From: Thermoproteota archaeon
GTDB taxonomy: Archaea; Korarchaeota; Korarchaeia; Korarchaeales; Korarchaeaceae
Length of the DNA: 64,000 nucleotides
Assembly (NCBI GenBank): GCA_015522685.1
Contig: WALU01000035.1
Span: 32,001-96,000, forward strand
Direction of reading: 5' to 3'
Shown piece by piece: positions 9,240 through 18,067 of the stretch (the stretch's first letter is position 1; the number at the start of each line of letters is the position of its first letter). The translations under genes were made by a program, and so were the position numbers. The notes beneath the pieces were generated by a model, which worked only from the letters and a program-made list of their open reading frames with translations, was not told where the DNA came from and made no database searches.

Positions 9240-10478
9240 AATAGTTCCTCCTTCTCCTACCTGACTCTCCCCTCTTTGTTTGAATTAAACTTGATATATC
9301 TTCTGGATGTACCACATACCTTCCTGTCATATCTTGCGAGTACATTCTATTTCTCCTCTTTTGAGATCTAAAGATTTTAGGATCCCGACATAGGCTTTGT
9401 CTTTAAGAAGGCTTGTATATGGTCTTTATAATCCTCTAATGAAGTAGTTCTTATATCTTTATTTAACAGATTGGATAATATTGCATATCCACCCCCTGGT
9501 TATCAGAGTCTCTATGAAGATCGTAATTAAGTATATTTAAGATTTCTCTATCCAGTAGCCTTAACTCTCAACAGATCTCCTAGGAGCGGAGTATATTCAA
9601 GCTTCTCTCTTCCTGTATCTATAAATATATTTTTAAGTATAACTCCCTCCAATCTAAGTTTCCTGATACGCCATCCTGCAAATATCCCCTAATTGAGGGT
9701 TTCTAGCACTAATCATGTAAGGGCATTGTATTTTTAGTATTATAACGAGGGAATTTACCTCTTGACCTCAATTTCCTTCGGAATATTCTTATTATGTACT
9801 CTAAGTCATCTCTCTTTCTATGGCTATATAACGCCAGGCTCAGTGAACTCTCTCTTAAAGTTCTTTAATACTCTCGCGGATCCTTATCTACGAATCCGTG
9901 GTGTTTATCAGAACGGTATCTGTTTTGGATTCTTTTGAGCGTACCTAGGATGCCCTTCATCATAAGTAAGAAATGACCTGCGGATGTTTTATTTCCTATG
10001 AAATAAATAAAGTCTAGTTCTAAGAACTTTATATGGATTATTGAGGAATTTAAAAGTGCTCTAAGGATATAGCTCCAGGTAGTCCTAAGCCTGATTGATC
10101 TATATCCGAGTTCAGTAAGGTTACTGGATTATTTTTGCCGATCATCTTGTTAGCTAAATATAATACTGAAGAACCCTTTCCTGAATTAGTCTTTCCTAAA
10201 AATAAGGATTTCTTTCTCACTAGGTAACTAGATAAGGGATACCACCAACGGGGAATAGACTCCTTGCCTTCCTTTGCCTTTACTTTACGTAATATCCATC
10301 TATCTATATCTATTGTAGAATCTGTTCTTGCCATTCTTAGTAAATTGATTTCCTCTATTAAAAGTACTAGCTTTCTCTATAACTCTCTTCTATACCTCAG
10401 TTTTGCCTGCTATCATATTAAATGAGGCTGGGGATCTTAATATGATATCTTCTCCCTTTGAGAGGATGACTCACTCAT
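9240..10478 (-). pseudogene. Decayed Clp1/Grc3-like polynucleotide 5'-kinase
   Basis: Fragments GEDIILRSPASF (N-domain), FLGKTNSGKGSSVLYLANK (Walker A), LLNSDIDQSGLGLPG (cf. D.DIGQSD.GPP), YFIGNK and VLINTTDS*, broken by many stops and frameshifts. Confidence 0.82.
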
Positions 10479-10661
10479 TTATAGTTCATGGTTTAGTACT
10501 CAGATTATTTAAGGATTAATATCATATATTCGAGTATACTAGGATTTTTAAGAGAAAAATTACCGTTCGTTTATTAGAGGATGCTTATAAAAAATGATTT
10601 TTATATGAGAAGCTTTATTGTAACTAAGTAGGCGGTTTAAATAGATGGTAAATACGGCTAT

Positions 10662-11390
10662 GTGAAAATAGGTTGCTGTGGATTTCAAATATCTAGAAAT
10701 AAGTATTTTGAGAATCTCAGATTAGTAGAAATTCAGAAGACGTTCTATAAGCCACCTAGGTTGAGCACGCTTGAAAGGTGGAGGAGAGAGGCTCCCGGGG
10801 ATTTTGAATTTACAGTAAAAGCCTGGATGGCTTTTACTCATGATCCGAGGAGTAGAATCTGGAGTAAAACTGGATTGCCGCGAGAGGAGGATTATGGATT
10901 ACTAAAGCCCACAAAGAGAAATTTCGGCATATGGGAAGAGTTTAAGGAGGTAATTAAGAAATTGAATGTAAGAGTTGTAGTATTCCAAAGTCCTCCTTCC
11001 TTTAAAGCTACAAAGGAGAACGTGAATAACGCTAATAGGTTCTTCTCCTCTATAAAGGGAGATTTTAGACTAGCTTGGGAAGTAAGGGATGAAAGCTGGG
11101 TATTGAGTAAAGATTTCTACCTCATCTTAAAGAGTCATGATATAACTCATGTTGTCGACCTGCTACGTAAAACGCCGCTTTATGGCAAGTTTAGGTATTA
11201 CAGGCTGCATGGAGCTAGAAAAGATAAGAAAATAGTATATTCTTATAAATACAGTAAGGAAAATCTCTCTAACATAGTTAGTTTAATAAAGAAATTTCAG
11301 CTTGGGGAGAACTACGTTCTCTTTAATAACTCTTATTATAGCTTTGAGAATGCTATACAGCTAAAGGAAATGCTAGCTCAATCTAAGTAG
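10662..11390 (+). CDS. DUF72 family protein
   Basis: KIGCCGF, VEIQKTFY.PP, FTVKA, FQSPPSF, YRLHG, LFNN motifs. Confidence 0.9.
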   Translation: MKIGCCGFQISRNKYFENLRLVEIQKTFYKPPRLSTLERWRREAPGDFEFTVKAWMAFTHDPRSRIWSKTGLPREEDYGLLKPTKRNFGIWEEFKEVIKKLNVRVVVFQSPPSFKATKENVNNANRFFSSIKGDFRLAWEVRDESWVLSKDFYLILKSHDITHVVDLLRKTPLYGKFRYYRLHGARKDKKIVYSYKYSKENLSNIVSLIKKFQLGENYVLFNNSYYSFENAIQLKEMLAQSK

Positions 11391-12661
11391 TACCATCCCT
11401 CCATCTTATGCCAATCCCATGTAATGCCTTGGCCTATAGCCATACCGTATATTATAGTTCCTCTCCATACACTAAATTGCGGGTTAGGCACAATTTTAGG
11501 TTGAGTCTCTAGACCTATAGATTTCATCATTAGTTTTAGCTTTGTAGGAGAGTCTGTTGCTATTCCTTCAAGGCCCTTAGGTATAACCCAATTGAAAGCG
11601 CCTCCAGATAATATTATGTTTTTAGATATAGAAGATTGTAGCTCTACAGGAGTCTTGGAGATTGATAATCTAATTGCCTCAGCTAAACTCACATTACCTG
11701 GAACTATCTCTCCTCCAGCCAGCGTATCCTTCGGCAGCGTGAATCCTCTTGAATAATAACTCTCGAATATCTCGTGATTAGGATTAAAGAAAAATTCTCC
11801 TATCAAAAATCTCTGCCAAACCTTTTCTCCCATGTCTATTTCAACAGTGGTACCTGGTATCCTAAATATAGATTGAAGAGCGCTCGGATGTTCTTTGGCC
11901 CAATTAACAGCCTTCTCCAAATTAAGAGGAAGCAGTCCTACAGACTCCTTGAATATTCTAACGAACTTTCCTTCCCTAGCAAGGTCAGAATATCCCATAT
12001 CTTTCAGGATTTGAGCTGCAATTCTATCTGAATCACTTCCACCTCTATTCAGTGGTATTAAAGCTGCCTTAATAACGTCTCTGCTTATTGGCGTTATTTG
12101 AGTGTTTCCATGGCCTGCTTCAACAACTACGCATGTGATAGCTTTCTCAGATATTGCAACTGCAAGAGGTTGGGGTATTATCGTAACAGCCCTTACTAAA
12201 TCCCCTCCTTCCTCCTGATTTACCTCCTTATGAAGTTCGAAAAGCTTCTCATACATATAGGTAGGGGCCTGAGCTGCCAGCGCAGCCACTATATAAAAAC
12301 CGTTAAAGAGAACGCCTGTCGTATCTGTTTTCCTTGGATGGTACTTTAGGAGCCCGTACCTTATTAGCTCCTTAATGACCTCCCATCCTCTATCATTATT
12401 TCTGTCTACTATTCCATTTCTCATAGGATAGTAAAGCCTAGAAAGATCTGCCCTTGACTCAAGATATTCCGAGACATTATTGCCTACTACAACTTCTTTA
12501 GCTTCTACGCCTCTTATTTCAGCCGAAATCTTTGAGACCTTAGGAAAATATCCTCTATTCTCAGTCATATCCGGTCCTGTTTTCATTAGCCACCAAGGAC
12601 CGAACTTATAATAAGATGTGCCAAAATCAGAGCCAAAGATGGGTTTACTCGTGACTGACAA
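11378..12661 (-). CDS. Crenactin (archaeal actin)
   Basis: DFGTSYYKFGP, AP.YMY, TIIPQPLAVAI.E, VEAGHGNTQI.PIS, LNRGG, ILKDMGYSDLARE, RFLIGE, IILSGGAF.W, PQFSVWRG, EGW; full-length colinearity with Pyrobaculum crenactin as recalled. Confidence 0.93.
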   Translation of the reverse strand: MSVTSKPIFGSDFGTSYYKFGPWWLMKTGPDMTENRGYFPKVSKISAEIRGVEAKEVVVGNNVSEYLESRADLSRLYYPMRNGIVDRNNDRGWEVIKELIRYGLLKYHPRKTDTTGVLFNGFYIVAALAAQAPTYMYEKLFELHKEVNQEEGGDLVRAVTIIPQPLAVAISEKAITCVVVEAGHGNTQITPISRDVIKAALIPLNRGGSDSDRIAAQILKDMGYSDLAREGKFVRIFKESVGLLPLNLEKAVNWAKEHPSALQSIFRIPGTTVEIDMGEKVWQRFLIGEFFFNPNHEIFESYYSRGFTLPKDTLAGGEIVPGNVSLAEAIRLSISKTPVELQSSISKNIILSGGAFNWVIPKGLEGIATDSPTKLKLMMKSIGLETQPKIVPNPQFSVWRGTIIYGMAIGQGITWDWHKMEGWYYLD

Positions 12662-13274
12662 TTTTCAGCACCTTCCTAAGATTCATCAACTCTTCTGCTT
12701 TTATTACCTCGGTGGGGCTTACCTTCCCCGTATTAAAGTCTACCTTAACACCTTCAGCTATCAGTAGAGATGCTTTTATTATAGAGCCATAGCTATAGCC
12801 ACCTATTCTCATATCACTCCTTATTACCCTATGGCAAGGTATTATGAGGGGAAAAGGATTTTTCGATGCATAATTCCCAGCTGCTCTCGGAGAAGTTCCT
12901 AAAGATCTAGCTAACTCTCCATATGTCGTGACTTTACCTCTAGGAATGGCTCTCATTAGTAGTAGAGCATTCCAAAACTTTTCTCTAGGATGCCTAGCTA
13001 ACTTAATGCTTTGCAGCTCTGAGTCTAGGCCCGAGAAGAGTCCATGTATGCAATGAGCTATCTCAGTAGCTATTGGTATGTGATACTCTGAGATGAGTTC
13101 TATAGAGTTACCCCAAGTGGAGTAGCAGGTAGCCCTTAAATCAGCTTCTGTGTCCATTCTTGATGATAGAGGTATCGTATTGCAGCATAGTTCTTTCCCA
13201 TTCATTCCTATGCCAATGTATCTCCCATCTATTTCTTCAATGACATATCTAATCACTTTACTGGCCACCCGCAT
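12645..13274 (-). CDS. ogt: Methylated-DNA--protein-cysteine methyltransferase
   Basis: IPRGKVTTYGELA, RAAG, NP.PLIIPCHRV active-site motif, L.AEG. Confidence 0.92.
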   Translation of the reverse strand: MRVASKVIRYVIEEIDGRYIGIGMNGKELCCNTIPLSSRMDTEADLRATCYSTWGNSIELISEYHIPIATEIAHCIHGLFSGLDSELQSIKLARHPREKFWNALLLMRAIPRGKVTTYGELARSLGTSPRAAGNYASKNPFPLIIPCHRVIRSDMRIGGYSYGSIIKASLLIAEGVKVDFNTGKVSPTEVIKAEELMNLRKVLKIVSHE

Positions 13275-13333
13275 TCACCATGCTAATGGGTAAGTGTGCT
13301 ATTTAAAGGGAAATATGACCTTTTCTTATCTGT

Positions 13334-14374
13334 ATGGAATTAGTTAAGATTGATGGGAGTTATGGAGAGGGTGGGGGATCTATTCTAAGGTATGCTTTGT
13401 CTCTCTCTGCAATAACGTTGAAACCTGTAGAAATATTTAATATAAGAGCAAAGAGAGATAGACCTGGATTAAGACCACAACACCTGAATGCCGTTAGAGC
13501 TTTAGCTAAGTTAGTTGATGCTCGTGTTGAAGGGGGTTACATAGGCTCTAAGAGGATAGTTTTCATACCCCAACATGGAAGATCTGGGAGGTTTGAAATA
13601 GACATAGGTACAGCAGGAAGTATAAGCTTGATCGTGCAAGCTCTTTTACCTGCTAGTATTAGTGCAGATAGAGAAGTAATCTTCTTGATTAGAGGAGGTA
13701 CAGATGTTCCTATGGCTCCCCCCATAGACTATATGAAGGAAGTATTCCTGAGAAATATAGCTCTCATGGGAGCTAAAGTAGAGATGAGCATTCATAAGAG
13801 AGGCCATTATCCGAGGGGAGGAGGAATTGTTGAAGTAAGAATATTTCCCTCTAGCCTAGATTCTATAGTTAAAGTTCGGAGGGACAATGTTCAGAGGATC
13901 AGGGGAAGAACCCACGCTGTTAAGCTCCCTAGGCATGTGACAAGCAGAATTGCTAAATCAGCAGCTAAAATACTCATCGAGAGAGGATTATCGGTTGATA
14001 TAGAGGAGGAGTGGTCTGAGAATTCCCATCTTGGGCCAGGAGCAGGGATAGTGCTATGGACTGATAGTTCTCCAGTTATAGGCTCTGATGACCTTGGAAA
14101 GAGGAGAAAGCCTAGTGAAGAAGTTGGTAGAAATGCCGCGCTAAGGTTGCTTGAGGAGCTAGATACAGGAATGGCTCTAGACAAGCATTCTGGGGATATG
14201 ATTGTCCCTTACTTAGCTATGTCCTCTGGAAAATCTAGAGTAGGTATTTCGAAGCTTACTTTGCATGCTGAAAGTAATATATGGCTGGTGAAGCAATTCC
14301 TATCAGTTAGATTTAGGGTAGAGGGTGGATTAGATAAGCCCTCTATAGTAGAAGTGGAAGGAGCAGGTGTCTGA
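13334..14374 (+). CDS. rtcA: RNA 3'-terminal phosphate cyclase
   Basis: IDGSYGEGGG, RPGLRPQHL, TAGSISL, GGTDV, RGHYPRGGG, catalytic TLH. Confidence 0.95.
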   Translation: MELVKIDGSYGEGGGSILRYALSLSAITLKPVEIFNIRAKRDRPGLRPQHLNAVRALAKLVDARVEGGYIGSKRIVFIPQHGRSGRFEIDIGTAGSISLIVQALLPASISADREVIFLIRGGTDVPMAPPIDYMKEVFLRNIALMGAKVEMSIHKRGHYPRGGGIVEVRIFPSSLDSIVKVRRDNVQRIRGRTHAVKLPRHVTSRIAKSAAKILIERGLSVDIEEEWSENSHLGPGAGIVLWTDSSPVIGSDDLGKRRKPSEEVGRNAALRLLEELDTGMALDKHSGDMIVPYLAMSSGKSRVGISKLTLHAESNIWLVKQFLSVRFRVEGGLDKPSIVEVEGAGV

Positions 14375-14376
14375 TA

Positions 14377-16077
14377 TTGGAATATGATGAGGAGTTCATG
14401 AAAAGAGTGAATATTGTGGCATCTAGAGCTGGTTTAAGCGTGGAGAAGGTTCTCCAAAAGGTAGAGCAGTACATTCAAGAGATGAGAGGCCTAGTAAAGT
14501 TAGATGGTGCTCTTTCTTTAGTAGCCAATGATCTAGGGGTTGGCCCCTCCCTACCCAGCGAAATTCCCTCTTATCTGGTGATAAAAATAGATAGGCTTGT
14601 ACCGGGGATGAGAAAGGCTACAATCCAAGGTAAAATTGTGAGAATGTATGGCATCTTAGAGTATGTAAACAGAAGCGGAGAACCTTCTGAAAGAGTTGAG
14701 TTCAAAATAGCTGATGAAACAGGTCAAATAGATGTAATTGCTTGGTCTAAAAGCGTAGTCGATATGATAAAGAGAGGAGAGCTAAAAGAGGGAACCGTGG
14801 TAAGGATAAGTAGCGCTAGAGCCTCAGAGAGATTTGGGAGAATTACACTCCATCTAGACTCCAATTCAGATATCGAGATACTCTCTTCAGGATATGAAGA
14901 TGTAAAAATTTTAGAGAGAAAGCCCCTGAAGATAAGTGAAATCTATGATAAAGGAGGAGAGGAGATAGATTTCGAGGGGATTATCTTGAGTATTTTTCCA
15001 ATATCAGAGTTCACAAGAGAAGATGGAAGCATGGGTAAGAGAAGTTCCTTGATAATGAGGGATAAGGAAGGAGGAACTATAAGAGTTGTTTTATGGGGAA
15101 ATAAAGCTAAGACATCCGATGAATTGAGTGAGGGGTCCATTGTTCTGCTCGAGAATGTCAGGGTAGTCATTAGGGATGATTCTGTTGAGCTCCATAGTAC
15201 TCCTCGAACGAAGTTTAGTGTAATAAGAGAGGGGAAGGAGGAGAGAAGAGATATAGAGGCTAATGTCTTATATAAATTTCCAGTAGAGGAGGTAGGAATA
15301 ACCAAAAAGAAGAGATTTTTGGATCTTTTAGTGGAGACAGATGGAGAGCTAAGCATATTAAGGATATGGAATGAATGGGTAAAGCTTTTCGAGAGAGAAG
15401 ATCCTCCATTTAGGATTAAATTAGGCCCTACATACAGAGGAGAAGATGGAATTCTCATGCTCAGTAAGTCAGGTGAGGTGGAGATCCTAGGAAGATCGAA
15501 AGAGAAGCTATCGCCTAATATAGAAGAATTATCTAAGAAGATTAAGTATAAGAGAATGTGGATAGGAGAATCTTCAGATGGTTTAAGAGAGTTCAGAGGT
15601 ACAGTAACATATATTTCTGACTTGGCAAAAATATCTTTTTATTGTCCTAATTGTGGATCACGAGTTAAACCTGAATATGGAAAATTTTATTGTCCTAATT
15701 GTGGAGAGATAGAGAACGCTATTCCTCTATTATATCTTAGTTTTATCGCAGACGATGGAACTGGAATAGCCAGAGTTATAGCATTCAGAGAAAAAGCTGA
15801 ATCTATTCTGGGGATGACTACCAAAGATGCTATTGAGAGGTCGAATGAATTAGGGGAGGCAACCTATTCAATTCCTACCGAGCATATAATTCCCAACTTA
15901 CTAGGAAAGGAGGTTATAGTTAGGGGGAGAGCAACCTATCTAGAAAGTGGTGTAGTAAAGTTAATTCTCGACGAAATCAGAGAAGTAGATCCTAAGCAAG
16001 AGATTAGAGAGTTAATGAAGGAAATAAGAGACTCATGGCTCTCAGGAAGTGATAATCTTGAGAATAGTGATGGATGA
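14377..16077 (+). CDS. rpa: Replication protein A (multiple OB folds, C4 zinc finger)
   Basis: Repeated OB motifs (ADETGQIDVIAW; DKEGGTIRVVLWG; DDGTGIARVIAF), CPNC-x-CPNC zinc finger. Confidence 0.85.
   Translation: MEYDEEFMKRVNIVASRAGLSVEKVLQKVEQYIQEMRGLVKLDGALSLVANDLGVGPSLPSEIPSYLVIKIDRLVPGMRKATIQGKIVRMYGILEYVNRSGEPSERVEFKIADETGQIDVIAWSKSVVDMIKRGELKEGTVVRISSARASERFGRITLHLDSNSDIEILSSGYEDVKILERKPLKISEIYDKGGEEIDFEGIILSIFPISEFTREDGSMGKRSSLIMRDKEGGTIRVVLWGNKAKTSDELSEGSIVLLENVRVVIRDDSVELHSTPRTKFSVIREGKEERRDIEANVLYKFPVEEVGITKKKRFLDLLVETDGELSILRIWNEWVKLFEREDPPFRIKLGPTYRGEDGILMLSKSGEVEILGRSKEKLSPNIEELSKKIKYKRMWIGESSDGLREFRGTVTYISDLAKISFYCPNCGSRVKPEYGKFYCPNCGEIENAIPLLYLSFIADDGTGIARVIAFREKAESILGMTTKDAIERSNELGEATYSIPTEHIIPNLLGKEVIVRGRATYLESGVVKLILDEIREVDPKQEIRELMKEIRDSWLSGSDNLENSDG
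15637..15705 (+). repeat. Two identical 21-nt copies TTTTATTGTCCTAATTGTGGA (FYCPNCG)
   Basis: Exact repeats at 15637-15657 and 15685-15705. Confidence 0.9.
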
Positions 16078-16702
16078 TCGAGAACCGGAGATCATAAAGC
16101 GACTTTTGAGGAAGCAGGGTGCTCTGGTCGACAGAAAGAGAATTGAGATAGCAGATTATTTGGTTGGAGAGAATATATGCATAGAGAGGAAGGTTCTAAA
16201 TGATTTTATAAGATCCATCTACGATGGAAGGCTCTTTGATCAGATAGATCAGATGAAAAACAGCTGCAATATCATTATTGTTTTAATAGAAGAACCACAC
16301 TTTTATATAAGAGCTAATTCCAAGCCTCATTATTTAGGAGCCCTCTCCTCCTTGGTCCTTAGGGGTGTTTCTGTTGTTCATGTTGCTTCTCCCGACGATA
16401 CAGCTAGATTCCTTTTCTATCTAGCTAAAAAGGTTGAGGGAGAAAAGCCGTCAATAATCCCGGTAAGAAAGAGGAGGAGGCCTAAGTCATGGGAGGAGGC
16501 TTTCGCTGTGTTGACCAGTTTTCCAAGTATAGGTCCTAAATCTACTGAGAGACTCCTTAAAGAGTTTGGTACACTAAAAGAAGTGTTCAATGCTGATTTC
16601 GTTAGCCTTAAGAAGGTAATAGGTGAAGCCAAGGCAGAAAAGCTGAGAGAGGTCATTAATACGCCATTTAAACAAGTTAGGGAGACGAAGTTAGAGGATT
16701 AA
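16049..16702 (+). CDS. xpf: XPF/ERCC4 structure-specific endonuclease (short, helicase-less form)
   Basis: D.RE, ADY, IERK..NDF..SI.DGRLF.Q, C-terminal HhH (FPSIGPK). Confidence 0.9.
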   Translation: MIILRIVMDDREPEIIKRLLRKQGALVDRKRIEIADYLVGENICIERKVLNDFIRSIYDGRLFDQIDQMKNSCNIIIVLIEEPHFYIRANSKPHYLGALSSLVLRGVSVVHVASPDDTARFLFYLAKKVEGEKPSIIPVRKRRRPKSWEEAFAVLTSFPSIGPKSTERLLKEFGTLKEVFNADFVSLKKVIGEAKAEKLREVINTPFKQVRETKLED

Positions 16703-17997
16703 GGATATAGGCGAGTAGGTGTCCTTGGAAATGGTATGGCATTTCTTATATGTGGTAAACCAGCAATCCATCTAATAGTTCTCTCTATCCCAAGACCGAA
16801 TCCAGAGTGAGGTACGCTTCCATACTTCCTTAAATCAAGATACCACTTATAGTTGCTTGGATTCAAATTCTCTTCTCTTAATCTCATTAAGAGCTCCTCT
16901 TCTGAATTTATCCTCTGACCTCCACCTATTATCTCACCAATTCCTTCAGGGGCTAATAAATCGGCGCAAAGTACAACGTCAGGTCTCTTAGGATCGGGTT
17001 TATGATAGAAGGCCTTAGCCTTCTTGGGATACTTAGTAATGAATACAGGCAGATCAAATTCTAATGAAATTACTCTTTCGGTCTCTGTCCCGAGATCATC
17101 TCCCCATTCAATGGAGACTTCTTTTTTTCTAGCGATTTCTATGGCTTCGTCGTATGTTATTCTGGGAAATCTATTATCTGGAGGCTCAAATTTTCTATTC
17201 AAGGCCTCTAAAATATGACCTGCCCTCTCTACAACCTTCTGGGAGATATATCTAGTAAGAGATTCTGCTACATCCATCATTCCATTCAAATCGGCCCATG
17301 CCATCTCGGCCTCAGCATGCCAAAATTCGGTGAGGTGCCTTCTAGTTCTAGATTTTTCCGCTCTGAAGCTGGGTTGTATAGTATAAACATTCTCGAAGGC
17401 GAAGATAGCGGCTTCAAGGTAGAACTGGGAACTTTGTGTTAGATATGCTTTTTTGTTAAAATAGGGAACCTCAAACAATGTTGCTCCGCCTTCTACAGCA
17501 GTACCAACAAAAGTTGGACCCTCAAATCTTACAAATCCATTTTTTATAAACCATTCCTCCGCTGCTCTCAATACCTCCTTTCTTATAAGGAGAGTATTTC
17601 TCATTTTCGTAGTCCTGATGTGAAGATGCCTATTATCTAGGAGAAACTCCTCACCTGAATCTGGTTTTATAGGAAAATCATGAGACTCCCCGACCACTTT
17701 AATTCTTGAAGCAAGTATCTCTATACCTGTTGGAGACCTAGGATCCTTTCTTATTCTTCCCTCCACTAGCAAAGAAGATTCTATATCTGCTTGCCTAGCG
17801 CTCTCTACTTCCTCCTTAGACATAGATCCTTCCTTAGCAACCACTTGAACAACACCTGTGGAATCTCTAAGTCTCAGAAAGACTACTCCTCCAAGTTCGC
17901 TCTTCCTGTAAATCCATCCTGCTATTTTGACCGTATCTCCCTCCTTTAATCCTTGAAGCTCTTGAATAAAATGAGTTCTTTCACCGAATTTCCACAT
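16699..17997 (-). CDS. asnS: Asparagine--tRNA ligase
   Basis: OB anticodon domain, VEGGATLF, YLTQSSQFYLE, FRAEKSRTRRHLTEFWH.EAE, GEIIGGGQR, GSVPHSGFGLG. Confidence 0.93.
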   Translation of the reverse strand: MWKFGERTHFIQELQGLKEGDTVKIAGWIYRKSELGGVVFLRLRDSTGVVQVVAKEGSMSKEEVESARQADIESSLLVEGRIRKDPRSPTGIEILASRIKVVGESHDFPIKPDSGEEFLLDNRHLHIRTTKMRNTLLIRKEVLRAAEEWFIKNGFVRFEGPTFVGTAVEGGATLFEVPYFNKKAYLTQSSQFYLEAAIFAFENVYTIQPSFRAEKSRTRRHLTEFWHAEAEMAWADLNGMMDVAESLTRYISQKVVERAGHILEALNRKFEPPDNRFPRITYDEAIEIARKKEVSIEWGDDLGTETERVISLEFDLPVFITKYPKKAKAFYHKPDPKRPDVVLCADLLAPEGIGEIIGGGQRINSEEELLMRLREENLNPSNYKWYLDLRKYGSVPHSGFGLGIERTIRWIAGLPHIRNAIPFPRTPTRLYP

Positions 17998-18067
17998 AGG
18001 GGGAACACCTATGTAGCACATTAAGTAGGGAATAAAAAGATGTAAAGGTCCAGATCCCGAGGTCTAT

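Noticed and set aside
2566-10478. Stop-codon recoding (Sec/Pyl or alternative genetic code) as an explanation for interrupted genes
   Set aside because: Lesions include TAA, TAG, TGA and frameshifts, and all three stops terminate normal genes in the window.
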